This document shows positions 48,873 through 58,171 of a DNA stretch of 64,000 nucleotides, piece after piece. The stretch's first letter is position 1. Every line of letters begins with the position of its first letter. Origin of the DNA: Faecalibacterium prausnitzii. GTDB taxonomy: Bacteria > Bacillota > Clostridia > Oscillospirales > Acutalibacteraceae. The stretch spans positions 16,363 to 80,362 of the forward strand of contig CAVDWM010000005.1 of assembly GCA_963612725.1 (NCBI GenBank). The letters are read 5' to 3'. Position numbers and translations under genes: made by a program. Below the pieces are notes generated by a model, which saw nothing but the letters and a program-made list of their open reading frames with translations, did no database searches and was not told where the DNA came from.

Positions 48873-49114
48873 CTCATTTGAGGCGTATTTTATCATATTA
48901 AAAGACCCGTGTCAATTGTATATTATATATGTATTGCACTTTATTTCCCGAAACGGCTGAGAGAAAAGAACGCCGCCGAAAAAATTTTTCCGGCGAGAGC
49001 TCAAGACCGCCGCATTTTCTCAAAAATACAGCTACATCTTGCTCATAATTTTGCTTTTCAAAAAGCTCCGATTGCGGCTATTTGCACAAAAATAAAGAAT
49101 TGTCCGAAAACGCC

Positions 49115-49143
49115 TTGACAAACGATTTTGCCGCGAGTATAAT
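49115..49143 (+). promoter_or_regulatory. Promoter TTGACA, 17 nt, TATAAT for the glutamine synthetase gene
   Basis: ccTTGACAaacgattttgccgcgagTATAATtc is read directly. Confidence 0.55.
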
Positions 49144-49158
49144 TCAGCGCATAAAGGC

Positions 49159-49208
49159 AATGGCGTCTTTGAGCTTTCGGGTTCATTGACGCCATTTTTG
49201 TTTTTGCC
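49159..49208 (+). promoter_or_regulatory. Leader hairpin AATGGCGTC...GACGCCATT + TTTTGTTTTT (attenuator-like) between the promoter and the GS start
   Basis: 9-bp stem followed by a U-run, about 30 nt before the RBS AAAGGAG. Confidence 0.45.
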
Positions 49209-49238
49209 TTAAAAATTATGAAAAAGGAGCGCTAACTT

Positions 49239-51335
49239 ATGAGCACAGTATCCGACTATTTCGGAAGTCTCGTTTTTGACGACAGAGTGATGAAAGCGAT
49301 GCTTTCCGCCGATGTTTACCAGTCTCTCAAGAAGACCATTGACGAAGGAGCAAGCCTGAATAATGACGTCGCCAACGCAGTTGCCGCCGCTATGAAGGAC
49401 TGGGCCGTTGAGCATGGCGCGACCCATTTCACCCACTGGTTCCAGCCCCTGACCGGCATAACCGCCGAGAAGCACGACAGCTTCATAACCCCCGCCTCCG
49501 ACGGTCGCGTTATCATGGAGTTCTCGGGCAAGGAGCTGATAAAGGGCGAGCCGGACGCATCGTCCTTCCCGTCGGGCGGACTCAGAGCAACCTTTGAAGC
49601 CCGCGGCTACACCGCGTGGGATCCCACCTCCTACGCTTTCATTAAAGACAAGACACTCTGCATCCCCACGGCGTTCTGCTCTTACGGCGGCGAGGCTCTC
49701 GACAAGAAAACGCCTCTGCTCCGTTCCATGCAGGCTCTCAACAAGCAGGCTCTCCGTATTCTCAGACTCTTCGGCAACACCGATGTAAAGTGCGTGCGCA
49801 CCTCCGTCGGTCCCGAGCAGGAATACTTCCTTGTTGACAAGGCTCTCTATGAGCAGCGCAAAGACCTCGTCTTCTGCGGACGCACGCTTTTCGGCGCAAA
49901 GGCACCCAAGGGTCAGGAGATGGACGACCACTATTTCGGAGTTATCAAGCCGAGAGTCGCCGCCTACATGGCAGACCTCAACGAGGAGCTCTGGAAGCTC
50001 GGCGTTCTCGCAAAGACCGAGCACAACGAGGTCGCTCCCTCGCAGCATGAGCTCGCGCCCATATACACCACAACGAACATCGCCACCGACCACAACCAGC
50101 TGACCATGGAGATAATGCAGAAGGTCGCCGCGAAGCACGGACTTGTCTGCCTGCTCCATGAGAAGCCGTTCGCCGGAGTCAACGGCTCGGGCAAGCACAA
50201 CAACTGGTCCATGGCTACGGATACGGGAGTCAACCTCCTAACCCCCGGCGAGACCCCCTATGAGAACGCACAGTTCCTGCTGTTCCTCTGCGCGGTTATC
50301 AAAGCCGTTGACGACTATCAGGATCTGCTCCGCGTCTCCGTCGCGACCGCAGGCAACGACCACAGACTCGGCGCGAACGAGGCTCCGCCCGCAGTTGTTT
50401 CGATGTTCCTCGGCGACGAGCTGACCGCAGTTCTCGACGCCATAGAGAACGACGCGCCCTACAGCGGCAGCGAAAAGACGACGATGAAGCTCGGCGTTCA
50501 TGTTCTTCCGAAGTTCACCCGCGACACCACCGACCGCAACCGCACTTCGCCCTTTGCGTTCACCGGCAACAAGTTTGAGTTCCGTATGCTCGGCTCGTCG
50601 AACAGCATCGCCTGCGCAAACATCATGCTCAACGCCGCCGTTGCGGAGTCGCTCAAGATATATGCGGATCGCCTCGAAAATGTCGATGACTTCGAGACCG
50701 CTCTGCACGACATGATAAAGAAGACCATAAAAGACCACAAGAGAATCATCTTCAACGGCAACGGCTACGACGATGCGTGGATAAAGGAAGCTACCGAGGA
50801 GCGCGGACTTTTAAATCTCCGCACCACTCCGGACGCCATGCCCGCGATGATAGCCGAAAAGAACGTGAAGATGCTCACCTCTCACAAGATATTCTCCTCC
50901 GTCGAGCTTCACAGCCGCTATGAGATACTTCTCGAGAACTACTCAAAGGTCGTCAATATTGAGGCTCTGACCATGGTCGATATGGCAAAAAGAGAGATTC
51001 TTCCCGCAGTCGAGAGCTACACAAGGTCGCTTGCGGAGACCCTCGCCGCGAAGAAAGCGGCAGTCGCAGGTCTCCCCTGCAAATACGAGACCGCGACAAT
51101 CACGAAGCTCTCCGAGCTGTCCGACGAAATCGCCGACGCGACCGCAGACCTTGACAGCGAGATAGCGAAGTTCCAGGCTATCGCGGATGTCACGGAGGCT
51201 GCGAACGACATAAGAGATGTTATCCTCGGCAAGATGGACGCCCTGCGCGCCGTCTGCGACGAGGCGGAGACGATAACCGCCAAGGAGTTCTGGCCGTTCC
51301 CGACCTACAGCGACCTGCTCTTCAGCGTAAAATAA
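49239..51335 (+). CDS. glnN: Glutamine synthetase, type III
   Basis: 698 aa, the length and architecture of GS III, with an [10 protein letters not shown]... N-terminus and conserved catalytic-domain blocks. Confidence 0.85.
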   Translation: MSTVSDYFGSLVFDDRVMKAMLSADVYQSLKKTIDEGASLNNDVANAVAAAMKDWAVEHGATHFTHWFQPLTGITAEKHDSFITPASDGRVIMEFSGKELIKGEPDASSFPSGGLRATFEARGYTAWDPTSYAFIKDKTLCIPTAFCSYGGEALDKKTPLLRSMQALNKQALRILRLFGNTDVKCVRTSVGPEQEYFLVDKALYEQRKDLVFCGRTLFGAKAPKGQEMDDHYFGVIKPRVAAYMADLNEELWKLGVLAKTEHNEVAPSQHELAPIYTTTNIATDHNQLTMEIMQKVAAKHGLVCLLHEKPFAGVNGSGKHNNWSMATDTGVNLLTPGETPYENAQFLLFLCAVIKAVDDYQDLLRVSVATAGNDHRLGANEAPPAVVSMFLGDELTAVLDAIENDAPYSGSEKTTMKLGVHVLPKFTRDTTDRNRTSPFAFTGNKFEFRMLGSSNSIACANIMLNAAVAESLKIYADRLENVDDFETALHDMIKKTIKDHKRIIFNGNGYDDAWIKEATEERGLLNLRTTPDAMPAMIAEKNVKMLTSHKIFSSVELHSRYEILLENYSKVVNIEALTMVDMAKREILPAVESYTRSLAETLAAKKAAVAGLPCKYETATITKLSELSDEIADATADLDSEIAKFQAIADVTEAANDIRDVILGKMDALRAVCDEAETITAKEFWPFPTYSDLLFSVK

Positions 51336-51399
51336 AAATCTACGACCTTTTTTTACAATAACAAAAGCGCCCGAGTCGGGAGAAGTAATGCGGAATACC

Positions 51400-51620
51400 G
51401 CTCAAAGCGAGCATGGGACGGTGAGAGCCATGCAGCACAGGAGCCGCACGAATAACACCCGACGAGCTGCAAGCCGAAAGATTACCGAGTAGGTGCGCCG
51501 GACACGCCGACCGTTACTGCGGCGAGGCTTTCTTTGAAGCCGAAAAGAGAACAAAGATAGGTGGCACAGCGAGCCTGCACTTGCCCTATCGAATGCTGAA
51601 ACTAACCGAAAGGAAAGATT
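51400..51620 (+). promoter_or_regulatory. Candidate T-box-like leader (Asn specifier AAC) upstream of asnB
   Basis: GUGAGAGC (AGAGA-like), GAAUAACAC loop (AAC codon + purine), F-box CCGUUA, and the T-box-like AGGUGGCACAGCG with UGGC (matching discriminator G of tRNA-Asn). No obvious U-tract terminator was seen. Confidence 0.35.
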
Positions 51621-51623
51621 ACT

Positions 51624-53201
51624 ATGTGTTCGATAATGGGTTACTGCGACTGCTGTGCCGCTTTTTCCGATTTTGAGGAAGGATTCAAAAAGACCGTTTC
51701 GAGAGGTCCTGACGACAGCAGAATAATAGACACCGGCAAAGGTCTGCTCGGCTTCCACCGCCTTGCGATAATGGGGCTGACCCCCGACGGGATGCAGCCG
51801 TTTGAACTGGACGGCAGCTATGTCGTCTGCAACGGCGAGATATACGGCTACGAGAAGATAAAAGAGGAGCTTGCGAAGAAATATACATTCAAAAGCGGCT
51901 CCGACTGCGAGATACTTCTCCCGCTCTACCGCGAATACGGCGTGGATATGTTCAAGCTGCTCGACGCCGAGTTTGCGCTGATTATCTACGACGGCGAAGA
52001 GAAAAAATACATCGCCGCAAGAGATCCGATAGGCATCCGCCCGCTCTACTACGGCTATGATAAAAAAGGTGTTATCATGTTCGCGAGCGAGGCGAAGAAC
52101 CTCGTCGGAATGTGCGGACATGTTATGCCCTTCCCGCCCGGACACTACTACAAAGACGGCGAGTTTATTCAATACTGCGACATAGCGGCGGTTGACGAAA
52201 TTTGCCGCGACGACCTTGAGACGGTTTGCAAAAACATCCGCGAAAAGCTCATCGCCGGCGTTGACAAGAGACTCGTTGCAGACGCAAAGGTCGGCTTCCT
52301 GCTCTCCGGCGGACTCGACTCGTCCCTCGTCTGCGCCATAGCGGCAAGGCGGAGCAAAAAGCCGATACGCACCTTTGCAATAGGCATGAGCGAGGACGCT
52401 ATCGACCTCAAATATGCAAAGGAGGTCGCCGACTATATCGGCAGCGACCACACCGAGGTCATCATGACAAAGGAGCTGGTCATAGACTCGCTCGAGGGCG
52501 TAATTCGTATGCTCGGCACATTTGACATCACAACTATCCGCGCGAGCATGGGTATGTACCTGCTGTGCAAATGGATACACGAGAACACGGATATAAGGGT
52601 TCTTCTGACGGGCGAAATCTCCGACGAGCTGTTCGGCTACAAATATACCGACTTTGCGCCGAGCGCGAAGGAGTTCCAGAAGGAGTCGCAGAAGAGAATA
52701 AGAGAGCTGCACATGTACGACGTTCTGCGTGCCGACCGCTGCATCTCGGTAAACTCGCTTGAAGCACGCGTGCCGTTCGGCGATCTCGATTTTGTAAAAT
52801 ATGTCATGTCCGTAGATCCCGCAAAGAAGATGAACACCTACGGCAAGGGCAAATATCTGCTCCGCCACGCCTTTGAGGGCGACTATCTGCCACACGATAT
52901 ACTCTTCCGCGAAAAGGCGGCGTTCTCCGATGCGGTCGGTCACTCGATGGTGGACTACCTCAAGGAATACGCCGAGGGGCTTTACACCGAAGATGAGTTC
53001 AAAGAGAAATGCGAAAGGTACACTCACGCAAAGCCGTTCACGAAGGAATCCCTGCTCTACCGCGAGATATTTGAAAAGTACTATCCCGACCAGTCCGAGA
53101 TGATAGTCGATTTCTGGATGCCCAACAAATCTTGGGAGGGCTGCGATGTCAACGACCCGTCCGCCCGCGTGCTCTCAAACTACGGCGAGAGCGGAAAATA
53201 A
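51624..53201 (+). CDS. asnB: Asparagine synthase (glutamine-hydrolysing)
   Basis: N-terminal MCS(I)MG Ntn-Cys, PP-loop SGGLDSS, 525 aa. Confidence 0.88.
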   Translation: MCSIMGYCDCCAAFSDFEEGFKKTVSRGPDDSRIIDTGKGLLGFHRLAIMGLTPDGMQPFELDGSYVVCNGEIYGYEKIKEELAKKYTFKSGSDCEILLPLYREYGVDMFKLLDAEFALIIYDGEEKKYIAARDPIGIRPLYYGYDKKGVIMFASEAKNLVGMCGHVMPFPPGHYYKDGEFIQYCDIAAVDEICRDDLETVCKNIREKLIAGVDKRLVADAKVGFLLSGGLDSSLVCAIAARRSKKPIRTFAIGMSEDAIDLKYAKEVADYIGSDHTEVIMTKELVIDSLEGVIRMLGTFDITTIRASMGMYLLCKWIHENTDIRVLLTGEISDELFGYKYTDFAPSAKEFQKESQKRIRELHMYDVLRADRCISVNSLEARVPFGDLDFVKYVMSVDPAKKMNTYGKGKYLLRHAFEGDYLPHDILFREKAAFSDAVGHSMVDYLKEYAEGLYTEDEFKEKCERYTHAKPFTKESLLYREIFEKYYPDQSEMIVDFWMPNKSWEGCDVNDPSARVLSNYGESGK

Positions 53202-53266
53202 AAAACTGTCCCCCGCACGGAGCTTTGCCGTGCGGGGGATGTTGCGGTTAGATATTTATTTATTTT

Positions 53267-53644
53267 TCATTTAATATGCGCTCGAATCCATGACAGCAGA
53301 TCTTCTTCGCCGCATTTTCCGTCCGCAATCGCTATAAACATATCTGCCAGCTCGCCCTGATGCAATTCGAGATTATAACCATTCCATTTCAGAAGAAGCT
53401 GAGTCATCATTGCGCCGATGCGCTTGTTTCCGTCAAAAAAAGCGTGGTTCGCAGCAAGACCGTATCCGAGACGCGCAATTTTTTCAATATCAGACGGAAA
53501 GAGATCCTAACCGTCAAAGGACTGAAGCGGAGCGGCAATTGCCGCCTCCAGCCCCGCACGGTCGCGCAGTCCGTCTATACCGCCAGTGGTTTGTATGATT
53601 CTGCCGTGTATCAGAATCACATCATCCGCCTCAATCCAAATCAT
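53267..53644 (-). pseudogene. Doc/Fic-family toxin gene interrupted by an in-frame TAG
   Basis: Manual translation: MIWIEADDVILIHGRIIQTTGGIDGLRDRAGLEAAIAAPLQSFDG*DLFPSDIEKIARLGYGLAANHAFFDGNKRIGAMMTQLLLKWNGYNLELHQGELADMFIAIADGKCGEEDLLSWIRAHIK. The Doc motif HxFxDGNKR is present. The ATG overlaps the antitoxin stop (ATGA). Absent from the ORF track because of the stop. Confidence 0.6.
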
Positions 53645-53892
53645 TTTGCCATTCTCCTATAATCGGAAGCGAATTTGGAAAGCAACCGATCGGTATCATC
53701 GAGCATCTTCTCCTGCGGCACTGTGTTCTCGGGTTCCCTGATCGTCACGGAAAAGGGCATGCCCTTTTCGCGGACAAAAGCATTTGCAAAAATATTGAAC
53801 GCCGTAGAAGCGGTCATACCGAGCTGCGCGCAGATCGCGTTCATCTGCGACTTTATCTCCGAATCCATGCGGAATGTCATATTCGTATCCAT
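53641..53892 (-). CDS. RelB/DinJ-family antitoxin
   Basis: MDTNMTFRMDSEIKSQMNAICAQLGMTASTAFNIFANAFVREKGMPFSV resembles the DinJ RHH fold. Start taken at MDTN. Confidence 0.6.
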   Translation of the reverse strand: MDTNMTFRMDSEIKSQMNAICAQLGMTASTAFNIFANAFVREKGMPFSVTIREPENTVPQEKMLDDTDRLLSKFASDYRRMAK

Positions 53893-53959
53893 ATCTGCAC
53901 CTCCTGCACTACAATTATAGTACATATTATGTGCAAAGTCAAATCATATATGCAACGCA

Positions 53960-54130
53960 AATAATATGAAGCGTCTGCTATGCAAACATGAAGCAGCAGC
54001 TTCGCTGCCATGAAGTACTCGCTGACGCTCGTATGAAGCAGAGCGCACGGCAGGCTTTGGTATGATACCGTCAAACTTCATATGGCGAAGCCATACTTCA
54101 TTTTTCATGCACCGCAGGTGCGCTTCATTT
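53960..54130. promoter_or_regulatory. Array of 4 direct + 4 inverted (C/T)ATGAAG heptamers in the TA promoter region (candidate operator/iterons)
   Basis: Read directly: atgaagcg, catgaagcag, catgaagtac, tatgaagcag, then cttcatat, cttcattt, ttcatgc, cttcattt. Confidence 0.35.
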
Positions 54131-54131
54131 G

Positions 54132-54160
54132 AAAAAAGCAGCCTGACGGCTGCTTTTTTC
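54132..54160 (-). terminator. Terminator A6-GCAGCC-tgac-GGCTGC-T6 (bidirectional by symmetry), 3' of the tRNA
   Basis: Read directly. Confidence 0.65.
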
Positions 54161-54161
54161 A

Positions 54162-54236
54162 TGGCACCCCCTGGGGGAATCGAACCCTCAACTGCCCCTT
54201 AGGAGGGGGCTGTTATATCCATTTAACTAAGGAGGC
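54162..54236 (-). tRNA. tRNA-Arg (anticodon CCU)
   Basis: Reverse complement GCCTCCTTAGTTAAATGGATATAACAGCCCCCTCCTAAGGGGCAGTTGAGGGTTCGATTCCCCCAGGGGGTGCCA folds as a cloverleaf. 7-bp acceptor stem (with G-U pairs). D-stem GTTA/TAAC with a GG loop. Anticodon stem GCCCC/GGGGC with loop CUCCUAA. T-loop TTCGATT. 3' CCA encoded. Confidence 0.7.
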
Positions 54237-54455
54237 GTATATGCTTTTTGACGCTCAATATTTTATCAGATAAGCTCTTCAAAGTCAAGAAGAATCGTCT
54301 CGGACAAAACAATATCGCAACTTTTGGGATAATTGTCCGTTTTGCGCGGAATCATACATACAAATATACTTGAAATATTTACATTTATGTTATAAAATAA
54401 TCAGTGGTGCAAGCGTAAAAAGCTGGCAAATTCAACTTTTGAAAGGACGATCAAA

Positions 54456-55646
54456 ATGAGCGCACTTAACAAAAAGTCAGTTAAGGATATCGACGTTTCC
54501 GGCAAGAAAGTGCTGGTACGCTGCGATTTCAATGTCCCGCTCCAGGACGGCAAAATCACCTCGGACAAGAGAATTGTCGCCTCCCTCCCCACTATCAAAT
54601 ATCTTATCGATCATCACGCAAAGGTTATTCTTTGCTCCCATCTGGGCAGACCCAAGGGTGAGTTCAAGCCCGAGTTCTCCCTTGCTCCCGTAGCCGCAAG
54701 ACTCTCCGAGCTTCTCGGCCAGGATGTCAAGATGGCTAAGGACGTTATCGGCGACAGCGCAAAGGAGCTTGCCGCCAATCTCAAGGACGGCGAAGTCATG
54801 CTCCTTGAGAACGTGCGCTTTCACGCGGAAGAGACCAAGAACGATCCCGCATTCTCGAAGGCTCTCGCCTCCCTTGCGGACATCTATGTAAACGACGCTT
54901 TCGGTTCGGCTCACAGAGCTCACTCCTCCACGACCGGCGTTGCCGACTATCTGCCGGCAGTCTGCGGCTTCCTCATCCAGAAGGAAATCGAGTTCATGGG
55001 CGGCGCACTCGAGCAGCCGAAGAGACCCCTCGTCGCCATCCTCGGCGGCGCAAAGGTCTCCGATAAGATCGGCGTTATAAACAACCTTCTCGATAAGGTC
55101 GATACCCTTATCGTCGGCGGCGGCATGGCTTATACTTTCTTTGTCGCCAAGGGCTACCATGTCGGTACCTCCCTGTTTGAGGCCGACAAAGTCGAGCTTG
55201 CAAAGGAAATGATGCAGAAGGCCGTTGACAAGGGCGTCAAGTTCCTTCTCCCCATCGACAATGTTATCAGCAACGAGTTCGCCGAGAACGCCGAGTACAA
55301 GACCATCAACTCCGACGAGTTCCCGGACGGCTGGATGGGCATGGACATCGGTCCCAAGACCCGTGAGCTGTTCGCAGACGCCATAAAGGGCAGCGGAACC
55401 GTTATCTGGAACGGACCGATGGGCGTTGCGGAGTGGGATCACTTCGCGGGCGGCACCATTGCCGTTGCAACCGCCGTTGCTGACAGCGGTGCCATCTCCA
55501 TCATCGGCGGCGGCGACTCCGCAGCTGCCGTTCAGAAGCTCGGCTTCGCCGACAAGATGAGCCACATCTCCACCGGCGGCGGCGCATCTCTCGAGTTCCT
55601 CGAGGGCAAGGAGCTGCCCGGCATCGCCGCGCTCAACGACAAATAA
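54456..55646 (+). CDS. pgk: Phosphoglycerate kinase
   Basis: 396 aa. N-terminal [12 protein letters not shown] and a C-terminal glycine-rich loop. Confidence 0.95.
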   Translation: MSALNKKSVKDIDVSGKKVLVRCDFNVPLQDGKITSDKRIVASLPTIKYLIDHHAKVILCSHLGRPKGEFKPEFSLAPVAARLSELLGQDVKMAKDVIGDSAKELAANLKDGEVMLLENVRFHAEETKNDPAFSKALASLADIYVNDAFGSAHRAHSSTTGVADYLPAVCGFLIQKEIEFMGGALEQPKRPLVAILGGAKVSDKIGVINNLLDKVDTLIVGGGMAYTFFVAKGYHVGTSLFEADKVELAKEMMQKAVDKGVKFLLPIDNVISNEFAENAEYKTINSDEFPDGWMGMDIGPKTRELFADAIKGSGTVIWNGPMGVAEWDHFAGGTIAVATAVADSGAISIIGGGDSAAAVQKLGFADKMSHISTGGGASLEFLEGKELPGIAALNDK

Positions 55647-55711
55647 TTATCCGCAAATTTTAAGCCCGCGGGCGGCAACCCCGCGGGATTTTTCAGGAAG
55701 GAAGCTTCAAA

Positions 55712-56482
55712 ATGAATAAGCAGCTCAGAAAACCCGTTATCGCGGGCAACTGGAAAATGAACAACACTCCCGCAGAGGCTACCGCTCTCATCGAGGCGCT
55801 CAAGCCTCTCGTCAAGGATACCGACTGCGAGGTCGTCTGCTGTGTCCCCTATATCGACCTCTATGCGGCTCTTGAGGCTGCAAAGGGCAGCAACATACAG
55901 ATAGGCGCAGAGAACTGCCACTGGGCGGAGAAGGGCGCATTCACCGGCGAAGTCAGCGCGAAAATGCTCAAGGCTGCGGGCGTGCCCTATGTCATCATCG
56001 GTCACAGCGAGCGCAGACAGTATTTCGGCGAGACCGATGTCACCGTGCGCAACCGCGTCAGAGCCGCTCTCAACGAGGGTCTTAAGGTTATCCTCTGCGT
56101 CGGCGAGGTACTCTCCGAGCGCAAGGACGGCATCACCTCTCAGATAGTCAGCGCACAGACCGAGATAGCTCTCGGCGGCGTATCCGCTGACGAGCTCAAG
56201 AATATCGTCATCGCCTACGAGCCTGTCTGGGCTATCGGCACGGGCGAGACGGCAACCCCCGAGCAGGCAAACGAGGTCTGCGCCGTTATCCGCTCTCTCA
56301 TCGGGAGACTTTACGGCAAGGACGCCGCGGACGCTATCGTTGTCCAGTACGGCGGATCGATGAACGACAAGAACGCCGCGGAGCTGCTCGCTCAGCCCGA
56401 TGTTGACGGCGGTCTTATCGGCGGAGCTTCGCTCGTAGCAGAGAAGTTCACCGCTATAGTCAACGCCGCAAGCGCAAAATAA
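55712..56482 (+). CDS. tpiA: Triose-phosphate isomerase
   Basis: AGNWKMN N-terminus, catalytic IIGHSERR and [11 protein letters not shown]. Confidence 0.95.
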   Translation: MNKQLRKPVIAGNWKMNNTPAEATALIEALKPLVKDTDCEVVCCVPYIDLYAALEAAKGSNIQIGAENCHWAEKGAFTGEVSAKMLKAAGVPYVIIGHSERRQYFGETDVTVRNRVRAALNEGLKVILCVGEVLSERKDGITSQIVSAQTEIALGGVSADELKNIVIAYEPVWAIGTGETATPEQANEVCAVIRSLIGRLYGKDAADAIVVQYGGSMNDKNAAELLAQPDVDGGLIGGASLVAEKFTAIVNAASAK

Positions 56483-56540
56483 ACAAGCTTTGCCGCCGGT
56501 CGGTCACACCCGATCGGCGGCAACCGAAAGGAAGGTTAAA

Positions 56541-58058
56541 ATGAGTAAAAAGCCTGTGCTTCTTTGCATCATGGACGGCTTCGGCAAGAATCCCGACTCC
56601 TACGGCAACGCCATCGCAGCGGCAAAGAAGCCGAATCTCGACAGAATATTCTCGGAAAATCCGATCACATATATCGGCGCATCGGGTCTTGATGTCGGTC
56701 TGCCCGACGGACAGATGGGCAACAGCGAGGTCGGTCACACCAATATCGGCGCGGGTCGCGTGGTGTATCAGGAGCTCGTGCGCATAACCAAGGCTATCGA
56801 GGACGGCTCGTTCTTCAAGAATCCCGCTCTCGTCGATGCCATGGAGAACTGCAAAAAGAACAACTCCGCGCTTCATCTCGCGGGTCTGCTCTCAAACGGC
56901 GGCGTTCACAGCCACAACACCCACCTCTATGCGCTGATCAAAATGGCGAAGGATTTCGGCATTGAAAAGGTTTTCGTCCACTGCCTTATGGACGGGCGCG
57001 ATGTCTCCACGACCTCCGGCAAGGGCTTCATCGAGGAGCTTGAGCAGAAGATGAAGGAGATAGGCGTCGGCAAGATAGCTACCGTTGAGGGACGCTATTA
57101 CGCCATGGACAGAGAGCGCAAGTTTGACAGGGTTGAAAAGACCTACCGCGCCATGACGAGCCTTGACGCTCCGAAATTTGAAAACGCGGCTGAGATGATG
57201 GAGAAGTCCTATGCCGACGGTGTGACAGACGAATTCATCGTCCCCTGCGTCAGCAAGGACGCCGAGCCCGTCAGGGACGGCGACAGCATCGTGTTCTTCA
57301 ACTTCCGTCCCGACAGAGCGCGTGAGATAACCAGGGCGTTTGTCGATCCCGACTTTAACGGCTTCAAACGCGAGAAAGAGCCGAAGGTGTTCTATGTCTG
57401 CATGACTCAGTATGAGGCGGAGATGCCCAATGTCGAGGTCGCGTTCAAGCCCGAGAGAATAGAGATGCCCCTGGGCGAGGTATTCAGCAAGGAGGGTCTG
57501 CGCCAGCTGAGAATCGCCGAGTTCACGAAATATGCCCATGTCACATTCTTCTTCAACGGCGGCGAAGAGACGGTCTACGAGGGCGAGGACAGAATCCTTA
57601 TCGACTCCCCCGATGTCGCGACCTATGACCTCAAGCCCGAGATGAGCGCATACGAAGTCACGGACACGCTCGTTGAGAAGATAAATGAGGACATCTACGA
57701 CGCGATAATCCTCAACTTCGCAAACTGCGACATGGTCGGTCACACCGGCGTGTTCGACGCGGCTGTCAAGGCGGTCGAAGCGGTCGATGCCTGCGTGGGC
57801 AGACTCGTTGACCTCGTCGCCTCCAAGGGCGGCGTAACGCTCATCACTGCGGATCACGGCAACGCGGACCGCATGATCGGCGACGACGGCAAGCCCTTCA
57901 CCCCGCACACAACGAACCCCGTTCCGTTCGTTGTTGTCGGCTATCCCTGCAAGCTCCGCGAGGGCGGCAAGCTCGGCGATATCGCGCCGACAATGCTCGA
58001 GATAATGCATCTTCCCCAGCCCGAGCAGATGACAGGCAAGAGCCTTATAGTAAAATAA
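56541..58058 (+). CDS. gpmI: 2,3-bisphosphoglycerate-independent phosphoglycerate mutase
   Basis: MSKKPVLLCIMDGFG N-terminus, 505 aa, iPGM family. Start at MSKKP (GAAAGGAAGG RBS). Confidence 0.9.
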   Translation: MSKKPVLLCIMDGFGKNPDSYGNAIAAAKKPNLDRIFSENPITYIGASGLDVGLPDGQMGNSEVGHTNIGAGRVVYQELVRITKAIEDGSFFKNPALVDAMENCKKNNSALHLAGLLSNGGVHSHNTHLYALIKMAKDFGIEKVFVHCLMDGRDVSTTSGKGFIEELEQKMKEIGVGKIATVEGRYYAMDRERKFDRVEKTYRAMTSLDAPKFENAAEMMEKSYADGVTDEFIVPCVSKDAEPVRDGDSIVFFNFRPDRAREITRAFVDPDFNGFKREKEPKVFYVCMTQYEAEMPNVEVAFKPERIEMPLGEVFSKEGLRQLRIAEFTKYAHVTFFFNGGEETVYEGEDRILIDSPDVATYDLKPEMSAYEVTDTLVEKINEDIYDAIILNFANCDMVGHTGVFDAAVKAVEAVDACVGRLVDLVASKGGVTLITADHGNADRMIGDDGKPFTPHTTNPVPFVVVGYPCKLREGGKLGDIAPTMLEIMHLPQPEQMTGKSLIVK

Positions 58059-58171
58059 CGGTCTGCCGCATTCGGCGCAGGTCAAAGAGCAAAAAGCAGA
58101 GGTCATATTTCACACCGGTGACAATGTGGAATATGGCCTTTATTTTTTATTTGCTTGCCGCTCCCTTTTCT

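Noticed and set aside
49209-50198. 329-aa minus-strand ORF and several shorter ones within 49.2-51.3 kb
   Set aside because: Antisense to or overlapping the type III glutamine synthetase gene.
51402-53027. 541-aa minus-strand ORF
   Set aside because: Antisense to asnB. No RBS and low-complexity composition.
53360-53662. 100-aa plus-strand ORF in the toxin region
   Set aside because: It is on the opposite strand to the Doc toxin pseudogene, whose translation contains the diagnostic HxFxDGNKR motif.
54162-54236. A-C mismatch in the predicted T-stem of tRNA-Arg(CCU)
   Set aside because: I considered rejecting the tRNA call. All other cloverleaf elements are present (acceptor, D-arm with GG, anticodon arm, TTCGATT T-loop, discriminator, CCA), and a single non-canonical T-stem pair is tolerated. 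The call is kept at moderate confidence.
54477-55565. 362-aa minus-strand ORF
   Set aside because: Antisense to pgk.
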